A stretch of DNA of 62,254 bases from NCBI GenBank assembly GCA_032718475.1, contig JAUCBJ010004766.1, positions 1 to 62,254 of the forward strand, given 5' to 3'. The DNA comes from Nemertoderma westbladi (taxonomy: Eukaryota; Animalia; Xenacoelomorpha). Below are positions 60,911 through 62,254 of this stretch, one piece after another. The notes under the pieces were generated by a model. It was not told the DNA's origin, searched no databases, and saw only the letters and a program-made list of their open reading frames with translations. The translations under genes were made by a program, and so were the position numbers. Within the stretch, counting starts at the first letter, position 1, and the number at the start of each line of letters is the position of its first letter.

Positions 60911-62254
60911 GACTTTTTGCAGTTTAGGGGGCTTAGGCCCAGGCATGATGTTGACCGTATTACAGTACCGGTATTACTGTCAATATTATTTTGTATTTAT
61001 ATACAACAACTACAAGAAGTGTACAATTTGTTACAGGTCAGTGGAGGACATACAGACATACCACAGGTACATTTCCATTGCTGCACTATCCAGCTATCCA
61101 TGTATCAATGCCGCTGTGTACATCGGGCTAGAATGAGATGATCATATCTACGGTTCCCACCTTGCTCGAGATTTACTACCATGGCTAACGTTTCTGTCAC
61201 ATCCTGACATCAGCACATGGCTACCAGTAATGGAGTTACCTACCAGAAACTGCGGCCAACTGCAAATATTCTCTTCAGGATTATTCTTCTGACGGCTTGG
61301 TCTGTTGGTGGCTGGCAATCCAAAACCCGCAGACCTGACAACTTTAGGAGCAAATTGGAGGCTGAAATCAGAGGTACCGGTACTCTAGTTGATTCGGATC
61401 CCGCAAATACATTTAACTTTACTACAAGTTCAGAAGTTCTTTTGGATTGGGTTGACTGTGGTCTAACCGGCTAACACCCTGACTGTTCCGCAGCGGCTCT
61501 GTTTGTTTATAGATCTTGCATGCCGGCCTTCCCATGATTGACATCGCGTGTCGCAGTTCTACATAAAGCTTATTGGATTAATGAAACCACATACTCTTTA
61601 TAATTCTAGAGTATGTTAGGATATAGGCCTACAATACTACCGGTATTGGAACTGATGGACTTCTAAATAATGCCTCTCAGTGTACCCTCTAACTCACAAA
61701 TGATTTCCAGTGTTTAATCAGTAATTCAGTAATTTATTTCTAGTAATTTAATTTTAAAGTAAATTATTATTTATAATTCTAACAGTATTATGGCAAGAAA
61801 TCATGGTCTTACGAATGGCAGAGACACACTCAAAATGTAACCTAACATTTCACTATTTTATTGTTAATTTGAGTTCCTGACAGCGTATTTTTCAAAATGT
61901 TCACTGGGAAAAGTTTTATACTTGTTGTAGTTACGAAAATTGCCTACTGCTGTGTATCGTTAATTTAATTTTCTACTTGATTTCTGTATTAATTTATTAA
62001 GATTTAAATATCATGGCGGCAGGTGGGCCAGGCCATCATCGGTCACTGTGGTTCGGTTGGCAGAAACAGACCATTACTGGTAGCATGTGCGAATGTTGGT
62101 AGTATTAAATTTGTAATTTATCAAAGTTTGAATTTCAAATTGTACAGAAAATTTGCATTTTTCAATATTCGCTATTTCCTATTTAGAAATATGGCTTAAA
62201 ACATTTTAGAAATTGTGATTTTATTTATAGATTTAATTCACATTTTATATCATT

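Noticed and set aside
61020-61560. Missing first exon of the coiled-coil gene
   Set aside because: An ATG..CAAG|GTGGGA candidate near 61160-61183 has a weak donor and ends in phase 1, whereas the exon at 57212 requires phase 0.

Overview
AT-rich, repeat-dense DNA from a eukaryote (GT-AG introns, animal-type LINEs; probably an invertebrate metazoan, species not determinable from sequence). Host genes: an intronless CYP2-clan cytochrome P450 (minus, 49078-50538) and a 10-exon, 5'-incomplete coiled-coil protein gene (minus, 52340-57212). About 14 kb (2106-15995) is a 43-bp satellite with higher-order repeats and layered variants. The rest is nested transposons: a decayed RTE LINE with several fragments, Helentron-like non-autonomous elements, hAT-, pogo/Tc1- and Merlin-like MITEs, and a poly-G-terminated MITE family with 8-bp TSDs. 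Two observations stand out. (1) Three widely spaced ATG-initiated minus-strand exons (1322-1546, 18081-18326, 37243-37494) all end in a hydrophobic 'x-x-Y-[LM]-V' motif and a phase-0 donor, suggesting a variable first-exon array. (2) The abundant TACAGTA/TACTGTA/TAGGCCTA words can be shown at several sites to be 5-6-bp insertions at TA dinucleotides, as expected for Tc1/mariner-type excision footprints; one causes an RTE frameshift and one has been amplified in the satellite. All coordinates and alignments were read by eye.
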